Shown here in pieces: positions 1-13,400 of a DNA stretch of 64,000 nucleotides. A program made the position numbers and the translations under genes. The stretch's first letter is position 1, and each line of letters starts with the position of its first letter. The stretch is from Phoronis australis (lineage: Eukaryota; Animalia; Phoronida): NCBI GenBank assembly GCA_002633005.1, contig NMRA01000142.1:1-64000 (forward strand). The letters run 5' to 3'. The notes below the pieces were generated by a model. It made no database searches. It saw only the letters and a list, made by a program, of their open reading frames with translations, and was not told the origin of the DNA.

Positions 1-15
1 ATCCTGGATCTGCCC

Positions 16-287
16 CAGGGGCGAATCCAGTATTTTGAGTTAGGGGGGCCAGGGCACAGGAATAACCAGAATTTTGTGACATGCGCGAGCCCAGCCTGAT
101 GTAGGAATGCGGGGGTGTCGAATTTTTGGGTTTGTGGATCTTATTATTAAAAAAACATAAACGGTAAACAGGGTTTGTTCAAGGTGCATGTGCTAATCAG
201 CAATTTGCACCCCGAACTGCCAAATGGTATCTGGGAGAATTTTAGGGGGGCCATGGCCCTCTTGTCCCCCCATTAAATCCTCCAATG
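16..287 (+). mobile_element. MITE with CAG(G/T)GGCG..ATCC-type TIRs, 5-bp TSD (hAT5-like)
   Basis: Starts CAGGGGCGAATCCAG and ends AAATCCTCCAATG. Flanked by TGCCC (11-15 and 288-292). Homologous to 26650-26789 and 56314-56472. Sits inside the terminus (GGATCTGCCC|CTG) of another copy. Confidence 0.75.
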
Positions 288-1447
288 TGCCCCTGCTAGT
301 ACAATATACAAGTAGAGTGTGTATATAGTCTCTGGTGATAGACGATGGTTTTCTTATGGCAATGAAAAACCACGAATAGTTTTGCAATTCAAGTCCAAAG
401 TCTGAAAACTGCCAGCAGGTAGAAATTCAACTCACGACCATCGAGTGACAAACAGGGTCTATCCAACCACAATGACATTACACTCCACTGATAGGGCTAG
501 GGCTATCCTTGGTACAAATGTGTATACTAAATATACTACCCTGGCTGTGTGAATTTCGGGCTCTATTGAAGAAAAACACACAGTGGTACATAGCTGATAC
601 CGCTAGCTGGCTGTGTACCACTGCAGACTCCCTCGACTCGATCACAACGATTACTATCAAATTGAGTACGTAATTTTCCCACAGGTAATGGTTTCATCTA
701 AGTCTAAGAGTAATAGTTAGACTGTTCAGCTCATACAGGGAGCAATATCGTCATCAAAATGTTCAAGAAACGAATAAATTACCTGCTTAAGGCGAACTTC
801 TCTTCTTCGGAGCAGTACCGGAAACAGCTGATTAGTTGCCGAAAGGTCAAACCGCACAGCATTATGGGCAACATTCGTTTGTTTTGATCACGCAGATTTT
901 AAGAAAATAAAAAATAAAAGAAAAAATATGTACAGGCAGAAGATCGACCCCATACTTACGAAAAGTTCTAATTAAGTGTCAGAGAGTATGTTTCAATGGT
1001 TTTTATGCAGATTCACGATGTTTTTAAAACGTCTACAAACGGATCATATGACTTTAAATAGTTGAATAAAGACACAGTTATGCCCTGTGGTTAGGTTTAT
1101 TTTATTCCTTAGCCTTTTAACAGTGAACGTGTAACGCCTTATAAGGTTCATTGGGATTCACTTTGTAATAGAACTACCCAACTTCAGAAGGCTGACAATT
1201 TCATGAAATCATTCTTCAAATAGGTATGATCCTTTTATTAATGGGTTAGTGACTGGATATTCTACAAGCGGCACACCTCTCGAAAATGTAGAAGTGCTTG
1301 TGACTAACTTGTTAATGCCACTCTTTATTTAGCCTCTACTTGCATGCTTCAATGTTTTACCGCTGTCACTGGTTTGATTCCTTGGACGTATGATCGTGGC
1401 AACTAGTACAATAGTCGAGTATAAACTCCACCTACACTGTACCAAGC

Positions 1448-1700
1448 TGTGATGATACCAGAATCAGGTAGTTGAGTTGCGAAATGTCAATCAACAACTC
1501 AGGTAGAACCTAAAGTTCGTGTTTGTGTGGTGATACCTGGATCAGTTAGTTGACATTTGTAAAAGTGCCAAACTGCAGAGTCAGCTAGAACCTGGAAGTT
1601 GTGTTTGTGTGATGATACCTGGACCAGCAAGTTAATATTTGCAAAATTTCAGACTGCATATTCAGCTGGAATCTAGCATTTGTGTTTGTGGATCAGCTAG
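1448..1700. repeat. Diverged ~80-bp tandem repeat, about 3 copies
   Basis: Recurring GTGATGATACC(A/T)G..TCAG..AGTT ... TCAG(C/G)TAGAACCT ... GTGTTTGTG units. Confidence 0.75.
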
Positions 1701-3460
1701 TATTTGTTCACGGGTAAGATTGTCCAGAAGATTCTAAAATATTAAATACACTAGAGCACGATTTCTAGAAGATACGGTGATGCGTAGTTAAGTTACAGTT
1801 GTGCTGCAGTTATAGAATTAGTAGTTACAGTGTTTGCCATTAAACAACCAGTAATAGAGACATATAATAAGTGAAAATTATAATACTTGTAAAAACTTCT
1901 AAGTAACATATACATGTTCGCAGTTTCAAAGTTCAAGAAATTTAAAATTTGAAATAGTACAAGTAATAAACTTTGCGTCTGAGAACTCAACAGATATCTT
2001 ATAATATTCACACTATATTTACAAAGAAACAAAAATGCATCTTGAGCAACATTCATCCGTCACTATACACTTTACGAAGCCATTGTTTGAATATATCTAA
2101 TGTTGGAGTTGCTGTAATTCATTAAACTCTCTTGACATTTACAAATGTAGGTTTCTATCTTACCAGGTTCGCAATGGCACCAGTCATTTCAATGAATCAG
2201 TGAAACCACTCCATGTACCCTACACACACCAAGTGCATTTCCACAGTACTTGTAGTTTGGAAAAAGCTAGTTCGTTTCGTTCGTTCATGAGACAAGTCAT
2301 TCGTCTTAACAACCACACTCGCACATTATACACAGTGTTAACGAGGTTCAAAGGTTTGCTAAAAAGCCGTAAAGCAATAGTTGTTTACTGACGTTAATGA
2401 AATATTTGAGTACAATTTCATTTCAAATAACACATTATCGAATTTGGAAAGTGTTGATTTTATGGCAAGTTCAGAATGACGTCACACTAAAGAACAAACA
2501 AACTAGTGTACCTTGGTGTGTTCTCATCAACTATATCTATGTCACTGTTACATAATAGCATAGTCGTCATTTAATGAAATGCTGCCGTTAAATCGTGATC
2601 TTGAAATTGGCTTGCTTTTGAAATGGTCAAACTGTGTATTAGTACGTGATACTGTTTGAGCTAAAGTAGCTCAAAACAAAGCTGATGGCTGACCATTTTT
2701 AGAAAACACAATGGTTATCAAAATTAAACATAAAAGAAAAGAAAAGGGTGATGTAGACTTTTGTGCAGAAGCCAATACTCGATATACTGAGAATCCAGAA
2801 AAAAACAATGTACTTATGTCAATTAAAAGCAATCAGTAAACTAGAATACTAAAACCGTGTAACTTTAAAACGTGCATCGTACAGGGCAATTATTCCGTTT
2901 CAAAGGGATTTTAGTCACAACCTTATGCAGGTAATTGTCAGCAACACATGAAATTTTACATTTGCCAGAGACACGTTTGTTAAGTCGGTGGTCACGGAAG
3001 AATGCTTTCCATGAGTCCATAATTTTTCAGATTTACGCTAAGCAAAACCACATTAGAACATGTGAAAATCAATACATTATTTAAACATGAATTTAAATCT
3101 TTGTCAAGCCAATAAATTAGCGAAGTAAACCAGTTTACATTAACGCTAGATAAGTATGTTAAAACGTAAAAGACGGAGCACTACATTGAAAGAATTCAAA
3201 TATAAGATCAGAATAATGCTGTTTCAATTGAGTAATCGGATTTTCTTACAAATGATTACAATAGTGCGTCCACTATATCATCTTCCACGTCCTCCCCGTC
3301 ATCTCTGTACTGCAGATTTGTGTGCAGATGTCTGCTTTGGCCCACATCCCGTTTGATGCCGTCGAAGTAGATTCTTCTCTGATGGTTCTTTTGATGCTCA
3401 GGGAACATAACTGAGAAGTACTCTGTCCAACCACCTTGTCTGCAGCGAACAAGGTCGTAG

Positions 3461-5102
3461 CAAGGAGTGTACGAGTATAGGAGAGTTCACTCCGCCATTT
3501 TACCATTCGCCGCAATGGTTACCGGTCGAAACACTAGCGCTCCAAGCGGTGAATAATCAATACTTACTTAGGAGCGCAGTCCGAACAATGTAAACACTGA
3601 TGAATTCATACTTTAATGACGTTCAACGTGCAATAAAATTACTGTGTGATTGAAAATGGTTAGAATACGTAAACTAACATCCACTTATAATCGAATGAGA
3701 ATGAAAATGTGTATTTTAATCAATATTAAAGTGTATTTGTTTTTATTCTTTTGAAGGTCCCTTCAAAATCTATCACGGTTTTGTTTCATGTTTGAGTTCT
3801 TAACAAGGCAAATTATCTTTCCTTATAACAGTTCATACNNNNNNNNNNNNNNNNNNNNNNNNNNNNNNNNNNNNNNNNNNNNNNNNNNNNNNNNNNNNNN
3901 NNNNNNNNNNNNNNNNNNNNNNNNNNNNNNNNNNNNNNNNNNNNNNNNNNNNNNNNNNNNNNNNNNNNNNNNNNNNNNNNNNNNNNNNNNNNNNNNNNNN
4001 NNNNNNNNNNNNNNNNNNNNNNNNNNNNNNNNNNNNNNNNNNNNNNNNNNNNNNNNNNNNNNNNNNNNNNNNNNNNNNNNNNNNNNNNNNNNNNNNNNNN
4101 NNNNNNNNNNNNNNNNNNNNNNNNNNNNNNNNNNNNNNNNNNNNNNNNNNNNNNNNNNNNNNNNNNNNNNNNNNNNNNNNNNNNNNNNNNNNNNNNNNNN
4201 NNNNNNNNNNNNNNNNNNNNNNNNNNNNNNNNNNNNNNNNNNNNNNNNNNNNNNNNNNNNNNNNNNNNNNNGTCCGGAGTTGGTATATGGTGCAACTCCG
4301 GACGGTCTGGGCTCAACAGAAAATCACAGTTCTTCTGTGAGCCTACACCAATGTGATAAACGAGACAAGTTCTACTAGCTGCATTAGCTGCAGGTATGAT
4401 TATCTCTCAGTTTTATGACACAAAATGTGTAACTGGGCAAAGCCTTTTCAAGCTAGTGTATATAAATCAGTGGAGCGTGAGACCCATGAGACGACCTGTC
4501 AAGTCCTCACGACAATTCTACGTTAGTCGTTATGTCTCTAACTTGACTAAAGAACTGAAACTTGAGTCCCTGTGGTTGTGATTGTGCCATGGCCGTGACC
4601 CCGATGATTCATATTCACCCGCGGCCATGGCTATGTTTTCCTAAAATTGTCCCTGTTATCGTTAGAGTGACATTTTGATTTGGAATACATGGACTGCAAG
4701 TATCCAAAAAGCTGACGATCACATCGTACGTTAATCAGTAGTCCTTCCGCCGGCTGACCAGTAGGCCTAGCCTACACTGCAAACAACAGACAGTGGCACC
4801 GGGACGGCGTGCGAGCGACTTGTCTAACAACTGTGAACAGAACACACCAAATGAAAGACAATGTATTATATTATTGAATAACATATAATACTTACCTTTC
4901 CGGATACTTAGAAAACCTACAAAATGACACGTCTGGGGTTTTCGTGAATGAATTCATGCAATTTATCGCACTGCAAAATGCGTCTGTCCCCATTGTTTTT
5001 GCGCTTCCTGGTTGACCGTAGCTTGTTCACCACTTGGCGGCGCTATTAGTAGCGGTAACAGCGAACTCACAAGTGAACTCTCCTATACTACTACACTCCT
5101 TG
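3461..5102. mobile_element. Non-autonomous P-superfamily-like DNA transposon, copy 1 (contains assembly gap)
   Basis: ~30-bp TIRs CAAGGAGTGTACGAGTATAGGAGAGTTCAC / GTGAACTCTCCTATACTACTACACTCCTTG. 7-bp TSD GTCGTAG (3454-3460, 5103-5109). CANRG terminus plus 7-bp TSD matches P elements. Both arms are homologous to 41978-43329. Confidence 0.8.
3839..4271. other. Assembly gap (N run)
   Basis: Run of Ns. Confidence 0.99.
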
Positions 5103-6229
5103 GTCGTAGCGTTTGGGATCGTCGCGTGCAGCAGTCAGAGTATCTGGATCGTGACCGGATACCGTAACCAATGGAAGACAGTGTAGCTTCAACTGGTAGT
5201 AAAATAGAACGGAGCAATGAGAGGACAATGCAGTTACGTAGCTAGAAATCCCTATAATTTGCTTGGAATGTTTTTTAGTTGGAGAAACGAAGTTGTCAGT
5301 TTCCTGTCGCTCTCCGGTTTTACTAATTGCAATTCACACAGTGATAATGTCTAATTTTGTTTGAAAACAAATTCAGTAAAATACCAGACTAACTCCTGTA
5401 AAATAATAGAGCAGAGAACACTGTGAATGTCCCTGGCCTACTAAGTATCAACCCAGTTACGATTGAGCAAGTTGGAACCAATCCCATTTCTTTCATTAGC
5501 AAAATACTTTATGATCGTCTCCTGGAAATTTTCAGACTGAGGTACTTTCTGTTACGTTCATATCCACTGGAGCGCCGTTGCTGAATCCTTTATTGATCAA
5601 TTCAGAGTTCCAGCTCCTTAAGCCAGTGCAAAGACATTTAAAAGCAGTTTAACACCTTCTGTAGCTGGAGATTAGATGAAGAGTCTGCCTTTATGGATGT
5701 TACAATTGAGGTGTTCGAATACGAAGAAATAGGCATACAGAAATGACGAGTTGCAAATGGAATTTAGCCATAAAAATAACAGCACAATAATCAAATGGGA
5801 ACATTTTTATTTTTTTGGTACCATTTTAGGAGAACATGCCATTCCATTGGTGCAGACCTTTATTTCGCCTCCCGAACCAGTTTTTACCTCTCGAAATGGG
5901 AGCTGCCGCAACGTCTTGCGGATTAGGTCTGAACAAATCGGCTGACCACTTCCACGTCCATCAGCTGACGCTCTGTTGTCCAAACCTGCACCTACGTAAC
6001 CTTCGAACGTACCAGTGCCAGGGGTGAAATGAAGCCAGAGAGGTTGAACTTTTGCCTCAGTTCTTCCATTCGAGTCTCTAATAAAGGAGGGTGCAGGTGA
6101 ATGCTCAAGGCTCTTTTATGTCATACGAACAACTCTGTAGTAGTTATAACTTTCAACCTCCAATACTAGAATTCTATGGATTAAGAAGTGCAACCTTTGC
6201 AGCGTCTTAGGAATAGACAATACAATATC

Positions 6230-6947
6230 TTTTTACCAAATTTTCCAAGTTATCTTATAAAATTTTACCCAATAAATCAAAAGGCGTAAATATTTATGAC
6301 ATATTAGTACAGTCACTTCAGACAGCTTGTAAACATAAAAACAAGTGGTCATGTGAGATAGATATAAACGGTGTTATAAATAATGTAAGTTTAAGTGACT
6401 CTGATACATGGTGGAGAAAAGTATTAAACTCCCCTTCAGTTGTACAGAAGATACGAAATTGTGTTGGTTTCAATACCGCTTAATTCACAGAATATTACCA
6501 ACTAATAATTATTTAAATGAAATTAAAATAAAAGTGATCTATGGTCATTCTGTGGTGAACACAGTGAAACTTTTCTCCATCTCTTTTGGAAATGTCGTCT
6601 TGTCTCCGGTTTTTGGCTCCAGTTTTCTAAGTGGTTATAACAAACGTTTCCATGTAATTTTTCATGTGGACAAGATAGCACAGTTTTTGGAATTATGGGA
6701 AACAATCAGTCGGAGAACTGTAATATTAATCTATTGGTCATGCTAGCAAAAATTACACATTTAGCCAAAAGTTTGTTAAAAAAATCTTAATTTCAAAATG
6801 ATCATTAACTTTATTAAATTACCTGCTGAAGGAAATACGGTACTTGTTGACTAATGCTTTAATGTTATTCTTTGTAAACGATGTATACTGTATTGTTTTA
6901 TGGAACATGTAATTATCATGCTAGAGCAAAATAAATGTATGAAAAAA
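6230..6947 (+). mobile_element. L1/Tx1-clade LINE 3' fragment (ORF2 C-terminus, zf-RVT)
   Basis: Frameshifted ...PFSCTEDTKLCWFQYRLIHRILPTNNYL...FCGEHSETFLHLFWKC...FW motif, followed by AATAAA and a short A tail. Confidence 0.85.
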
Positions 6948-7067
6948 CTTTCATTAATCTATTTTGGAATGTTTTGCAGTCTAATGATCCCAATCTTTGT
7001 AAAACCATAGACTATAATACATGGGCCGCCAACTCCGTATACATGCACTTTCAATGGAGGAAATCTG

Positions 7068-7218
7068 GCTCCCGTTCAGTAACGCTAGGACCTCGTTAAA
7101 AAGCAAGACTTCGCGAAATTACGTGAGATATTGCCGTGCATTTTAAATGAGAACACGTGACTTTGACTAGGTTTTAGCTAGGTCCTAGCGTAGGTCCTAG
7201 CGTCTACCGAACGCACGC
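7068..7218. mobile_element. MITE with CWG TSD (Harbinger/PHIS-type), copy 1
   Basis: Imperfect TIRs GCTCCCGTTCAGTAACGCTAGGACCT / AGGTCCTAGCGTCTACCGAACGCACGC. TSD CTG. Second copy at 45740-45874. Confidence 0.75.
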
Positions 7219-8042
7219 CTGTGCTCTTACGCATTATTCACAAGCGACACTTAGCCAAAATTATAGAGTTATTTCCGGCAAGTACGTCGTTTGCTAATCA
7301 TGGTCGGCTACTGTGTAGTCGGGTGGTAGAAGCATTGCTAAATGTACTCACGATACCAACAGTTCTAGTATTGGAAGACTTTGAACAGCGTTTCAATGCC
7401 GAATTTATTTGTTTTTCGTTGTAATAGACAGTAAAATAGATGCAAAAATTTCCCGTCACAATACACTAACCGGAAAATGAAACAGATAATTTAGAAGAGT
7501 GGCGTCTCCTCTAGGATAGTACAGTGACAAGAAAATGTCGTAGCTGTGAATGTGTTGTCTATGATCTACATGGTAAAACAGAGGATTTTGTATTTGCGAT
7601 TGGGCGACTAGGAAAGCCAACAGTGGGTGAGTTACTGTCACATACATATGTGCATCTGAGGCACAATTCTTGGAGATGCAAATGTATGTTCCCTTGATCA
7701 TTTGGAAACGATCCTCCACTAAACCTCAAAATTTTTGAAAAGGACAACCGTTGAGATCGATATAGCTTCTATAATGTGTTGCAATGGGTGAATCCTTCGA
7801 AAATTGACTAGTGTTGGCCCACTCTAAAACGTACCTGAGTGTCAAGCTACGTTGTTTTTTTTTTCAAATGCTTCTTTAGCCATAACCTGGAAACGCTCTT
7901 TTCCCCGAAGTGCTTTATTATAAGCACTCAGTTTCTAAAAAAACGTAACGTCACTCTTAAGGTGGAACATGACCACTAATGGGTGCTGTAATTTTCAAAT
8001 CCTTAAGAAATCGACTGGTGCCGGCGCATTGGCTTTCAACTT

Positions 8043-8167
8043 CATGGGCAGCGCAGCAATGAAAAAGTAGAGAGGAGGGTGCAATAGCCCCCCCCCCCCA
8101 GAACGCCTGTGGTGCACCGCCCATAGACCATGAGCGGCGAAGCGCTGAAATAAGTGCGCCGCCCGTG
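8043..8167. mobile_element. CATGGGCGGCGC-TIR MITE
   Basis: CATGGGCAGCGCA ... GTGCGCCGCCCGTG. Same family as 19887-20089 and 42908-42999. Confidence 0.65.
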
Positions 8168-8776
8168 AAATACCGTTATGTCAAATTTGATTGTAGTCCA
8201 TCGATAACGATTACGCACTACCCCAAGAAGTCCTTTTTGAGAATAAAATGACCACTAGGGTTTGCTTAAGTGGTAGTATCAAAGTGAAAAGGTTCTGGTG
8301 TCGCTGCACTGGCGTTAATGAAGTTACTTAGAGATTTGTCAATTTGCTCTCAAGTTTCAAAGACACCTGTCTATTGGAAGTAACCTAAATATGATCGGGA
8401 AACGAATATCCCAGAAATACTGAAATACTCTTGTTGAGGCAAAATGGCCACTATAGTGCGCTGCAGTGGTCCAATCTGGCTGAAACTTGATTGGTGCAGA
8501 CGGATTACCGTCACATAGCATTAGTTGAGACCCTTCAATTGGTTCTTTGATTATCATACGAAAACGCTCCTCCTAGATTGATTAGTGGCACACACCGTAC
8601 GTGGATGACTTACAGCCACCATTTATGTACGTAGAAATTCATGAAAAGCCGAAATGAACGATTAACATATCGAACCGATATATATATATATATATTTAAA
8701 TAACTAAACTAAGTTTTGTCATAATGAATTGAATTTGTGAAATATACAAGTTAAAAAACTGAAGTATTCAATAATA

Positions 8777-9510
8777 AAGTTTGCTGGAAACTTAGAAACA
8801 GTCCATCCGGGAATATAAAAATCGAAACATTCGCTTAGAAAAGTTGTGCTGCAGTGCGTCATTTTAGCTCCAACGAATTTCGTAGTCATTTTTTTCTTGG
8901 TCTATTTTCGCATGTAAATAGTAAAAAAAACTCTTCCCGTGTTGTTCACATCACTGGAAAATAACGATGGAAACTATGCCCATTTGCAGAACTTGAGGTA
9001 AGGACTGTACCGCAAAAGACAGATATTTTACGCAGACAATTGTGTCAGTAAAAACACACACTCGTTATTAGGTAGCAATTTCCAGTAAAGACCTTAGCTC
9101 TCGGTGTAGATCTTCTGCATGCATTCATAACGAAGCGTTTTCGTTGGATTTGAGTTACTAATAGATTGTCTGCTGATTTTAAGCATTTTTTGCTGAGACA
9201 ATCGTCTGCGCGCAGCGTTCAACTCCCCGTCGTTGCCAGTCATGGCGTATGGCGTAAAATATACTTTTTACGATACAGTACTTACATGCAGTTCAAGTTC
9301 TGCAAATCATCAGTTTCCACCGTTAGTTTCCAGTGCTGCGATCAACACGGCATTACTATTCAATTGACAGCCCAGAAGCTAAGACACGAAAATAGACCAC
9401 AAAAACTAAGGGATTCTTTGAAGCTAATTCGACGCATTACAGCACATCTGTTCAGGGAATGTTTCAACTTTTACATTGTTTCTAAGTTTCCAACATACTT
9501 TCTCAATAAT
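8777..9510. mobile_element. Degenerate foldback/long-TIR element
   Basis: 8777-9045 is a diverged inverted copy of ~9255-9510 (e.g. AAAGTTTGCTGGAAACTTAGAAACA vs reverse complement AAAGTATGTTGGAAACTTAGAAACA). Confidence 0.6.
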
Positions 9511-10099
9511 TTCCGAGCAGCCCAGTACACAATCAACGTTATGCGCCTTTCCATTTAGCATGCCATTTGCTCAAGCAACGAACAGTACCTAATAGGCTAC
9601 TCAAAAATTGCCTTGTCTAAGTTGTTTCAGCTTACACCGTTCTGTTTATGGACGATGCGCAGAGATCGTCGACTGCATGTCCAGGCAAGTGAATTATTAT
9701 ATCAATATACGATATATTTCAATCGGATCATTATCATTTCCAGTGTTTGACAGTGATTGGCGAACCTTGCGAAAGTACGGAAAGTTTTTGCCATCTGTTC
9801 GTTAAAACGGTACGAAATAAAAAATGGCACATAAGTTGATGACTACTAAACATGTCAAGATAATAGAAGCATTTTTCTAAAATTTATGTTACAATTTTGA
9901 TCATGATCACAAATTTACCTTACGCGGGCATTCCTCTGTGAATTGTTTGTGATTTCTCAGCGCTACCGCGCCTGCTCAAACTAGATGGACGTGTTTCATA
10001 TTGTTTAAAAAACGGTTCACCGCCGTAGTATGTTGTAAGCTATTTATGTATTTTGGTTCCTCTTTGCCATTGGATCTTATTCATCGCTTACCGTGTCTA

Positions 10100-10465
10100 C
10101 TGCATGGCAAGGACTGTGGAAAAAGAATGGAGGTGTGACGAAACAATTAAAGGTGTTCGGTGTTCCTGGCCGACCAAAATGAATCCCATTTTCACCTTTG
10201 AATGCTTAATAAGCAAAATTTCTAGATGGCACTCAGCCGTCGAGGAGGAACAGGAAAAAGGTAACTGTTTGATATACTACGGCAATTTCTGGTGTCTTGG
10301 GGTCGTGCTTGTTCAAGAAAGAAGATAACAGCATTGCAATAACGTGTGAATGGTATACGGACAAGCTAAAACATTGTGGAGCCCAGGCTGGGGCAGATGA
10401 CTGATCCTGAAGTTTTGGTTTCAGCAGGATTGAGTCATGGCTGACCGTGCGGGTGCATCTACGCA
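10100..10465 (+). mobile_element. Decayed DIRS-type tyrosine recombinase fragment
   Basis: Frameshifted motifs IKGVR...PIFTFECL, WYTDKLKHCGAQAGAD and HG*/RAGAST resemble the DIRS recombinase LxGxxR..PIT, FxxxLKxxLxxAGxD and HSxRxGxAT motifs. Confidence 0.4.
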
Positions 10466-13400
10466 AGACTCGTCTTCTCATGTCAAGCTAACACCCTCAG
10501 TATTTTATGTCTCTGCAGTAAATTAAATTTTAGACTTAATCAAAAAAATCAAACTAACCAGAGCCAAAAAACAAGAAAAATATGTGACGTCAATCCAGTC
10601 GCATTCCAGGGTCCACGAAGAGGCAAGCCTGAAGACAACACTAACAACCGATTCTAGATTATCCAGAGTTCTCTGAGGAAACTAGAATCGGCAGATGGCA
10701 GTGCTGGCTTCAGTTGTACCTGTACTAGTGTACTTGCTGCCAACTTACACAAACACACGTGGCTAATATCAATTCCTGGGAATTTCGTGTATATCTTACA
10801 GACTTATGTCCCGCAGTGAGAAAATTTGGTTTTAAGAAATATAATAGTGATAAAAACAAAAAAAGAATGGTTTAAGCAGTGCATGTTCACGATTTCACTG
10901 AAGATCATGGATTGCGATTGAAAGTTTAAGAGGACCCCGACTGTTCAGGCCACCTTTTAGTGGATTCAACTGTTATACATGAAAATTGATGGTCCTATTA
11001 AGAAGCATTTTTTCAAACCGAATATGTTCTCGAAGACACAAACGACGTCTTTTACCGACAACAACAAGTACCATCCTAAACTGACTGACTAACTTCGTCC
11101 AAGAACCCCAATAATCAAGCCTTACTTTAGACGAGTCGTCGTTAAAAATGTTGCTTCTAACACAATTCATGTATTTTGACATCCTCACATGGTTACAAAA
11201 ATTTACAACGCCAGCCTGTATTCAAATGGTGGTTTCTTTTACAACTCTTCCGGTTCCTAGTTTTATACTGAGGTTATGTCTTTCGAATATATCTTCGCTT
11301 TGGACTCTTTGCTTTACTAATTGGCACTGCGTGTAAACAAAAATGATATAGGTGGATAGTGTTCACTTAGTTCTCTCCCTTTTTGAACAGTGGTGTGACC
11401 TGTGGCATTGCTTACTCTCCAATGTGTTGCGCCATCTATTGAGAGAAATACATTTTGGTGGCTTGCAGCTGCAGGGATTACAAGAACACAGTACAGTACA
11501 TTTTTGCAACGTGTTTTTAAATAAATATAGTATTCAAAATCCTCGTGTAGATTCTTGCAGCTTGAATGAGCAACCTCTTGTGAAGTTATGAACTTTCAAA
11601 GTGAATCTTTTATAGAGAATTAAATCGAGAAGACACCCTATGTCAGAGAATTGAACTAGTGGCGAAATCACTCGTCTGAGCGGTATGTCTTTCACTTTTC
11701 AACATTTCTTTTATGGGAGTACCCCCCGCCGGACGCGCAGTATATTGTGATTTTGATTTTTCCACTGAAGTCAAATCCAGAAACGCGATGCTGATACACT
11801 CGGCTTGATCTTCAAATTAAGGTTACTGGGTTGTATTTTCACATGAAGTCAGTCTTGAAAACTAGTTTACCCACCCAACCCGACAGTCTCAAAAAGGGGC
11901 ATAGCCGTGGAGTTTCCATAAAAAGACATCCTGAGCACAAGTTTTGTTCTAGAAGGATCTCGCTTTTGTTCAATTAATTACTCGAGAGTTCACTTTGTAG
12001 TTCAAAACTCTACAAATAAGTTCTCTTTCCACGACATCAACATATTCCTGCTCATAGTCTTATTCGGCCTCTCCTCCAGATTGGGTCTAAGAATGCCTAC
12101 GAAAGGGTTAAATGTTCGGTTTTTGGAATTAAGCCCTTCAAAAAGTGATATTTTGCAACAAAATTCAATGAATGCGTGATTTTTTTTCATAGCAACTCTC
12201 TACAGGTGGAGCTCTTCTTCTAGTCTACTCTCTAAATGCAAATGTTCCAGTTACAACGCTGTCAAAAACATAGTCGAGTACCCCCCGGCAGTACCCGCAG
12301 ACGACAACAGCAAACAGGGAGCTTTAGAAATCGTCAATAGCCACTGGTACGTGTTATAACCAACACAATGACATGGTATTGGCTAACCTTTCAACTTACC
12401 TGCTGAGTATTGTTTGTACATGAAAGCTAGGTTAACCTCTATTGAAAAGAGAATATATAGGTCGTCACCAGTAAGGATTTGAACAGTAGTACTACTACGC
12501 TATCGGCTCTATCTTCTGTTGGCGGTAAGATAGCGTCATACGAATTAAATTCGAATTCATTCCGCTTTCGTTCGAGATACGTAATGTAATTACAGGTGAA
12601 AGACGGCGAACGGATCACCTAAAATTGCTGAATTTACCTGATCAGGTGAGCATTGACGATGACTTCACTGACCGTATTTTGTTGGCAGATATCCAAATAT
12701 TCAACGTGTGTAACTTACTTTTTAGTTACGACATGATGGTTGTCTGCTTGACAAATAACCTTGGCTCACGGGTAAAATTTGTATTGCATACCAACGTGGT
12801 TACAAGTTGCATAATTAAGACATTATAGGCAGTAAAACTTAGCCCAATGCATTGACTTTATGGGTAGGGTTATGTTCATTACCTCTTACCCTTATCTCTG
12901 GGGGTTTATCGATGATTTGCTTTGAACATTTTGACCAGCGAAGTCTGTTTGAATTGTCTACACTAGCAGGATAAAGTCAAGATTAGATCTACGATTTTAA
13001 CCGTATTTTTGACGTGGTATCAAGGAGCTGGGAAACTAGAGAACAAGCAAGATAGATGCCCGTCTTTTAAGAGTGTAAAGCAGGATGAAAATGGACCCAC
13101 TTTTGGGAAGCTTCTGTGAAAAAGTCACCCTTGTATAGCTATTCCTCATGATGATCTTTCTGTACTAATTTATGGTAGTTCGAACCCTGCAATATGTTTG
13201 TTGATTGAACTGAATGAATAGCCTTTGACTGTATTATCTACCAAACAGGCTTCAATAAAATGTGAAACTTTCTGAACAGTTCTGTTGCGATGGTGTGTTG
13301 AGTGAACACTTTGGGGGGAATCGGTAAATGCACCCATCAGTTTGGAATTTGGCCATGAAAAACACCCATCTGAGCGGGCTCCCTCCGTATATCTGCCGAG

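Larger units (their letters stand above)
3256..5192 (-). pseudogene. Terminal coding exon interrupted by a P-like element
   Basis: Polypyrimidine plus CAG acceptor at 5195-5193. Joining 5192-5103 to 3453-3256 (removing the element and one TSD) gives a 95-codon open frame LKLHCLPLVTVSGHDPDTLTAARDDPKRYD/LVRCRQGGWTEYFSVMFPEHQKNHQRRIYFDGIKRD...DIVDALL*. Family not recognised. Confidence 0.55.
5888..7823 (-). pseudogene. Decayed upstream exons of the same minus-strand gene (~7823-7231 and ~6134-5888)
   Basis: Segments bounded by acceptor-like and donor-like sites, with long protein-like frames broken by isolated TGA/TAG stops and frameshifts: WANTSQFSKDSPIATHYRSYIDLNGCPFQKF*GLVEDRFQMIKGTY...LNYLFHFPVSVL*REIF, and LFV*HKRALSIHLHPPLLETRMEELRQKFNLSGF...RFVQ/DLIRKTLRQLPFRE. 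The second ends in phase 0, matching the next exon. Confidence 0.4.

Noticed and set aside
3788-4378. 196-aa and 167-aa ORFs; also the ORFs across 46150-46561
   Set aside because: Artefacts of N runs translated as X.
9166-9558. 130-aa ORF
   Set aside because: Lies in one arm of a degenerate inverted-repeat element; no recognisable motifs.
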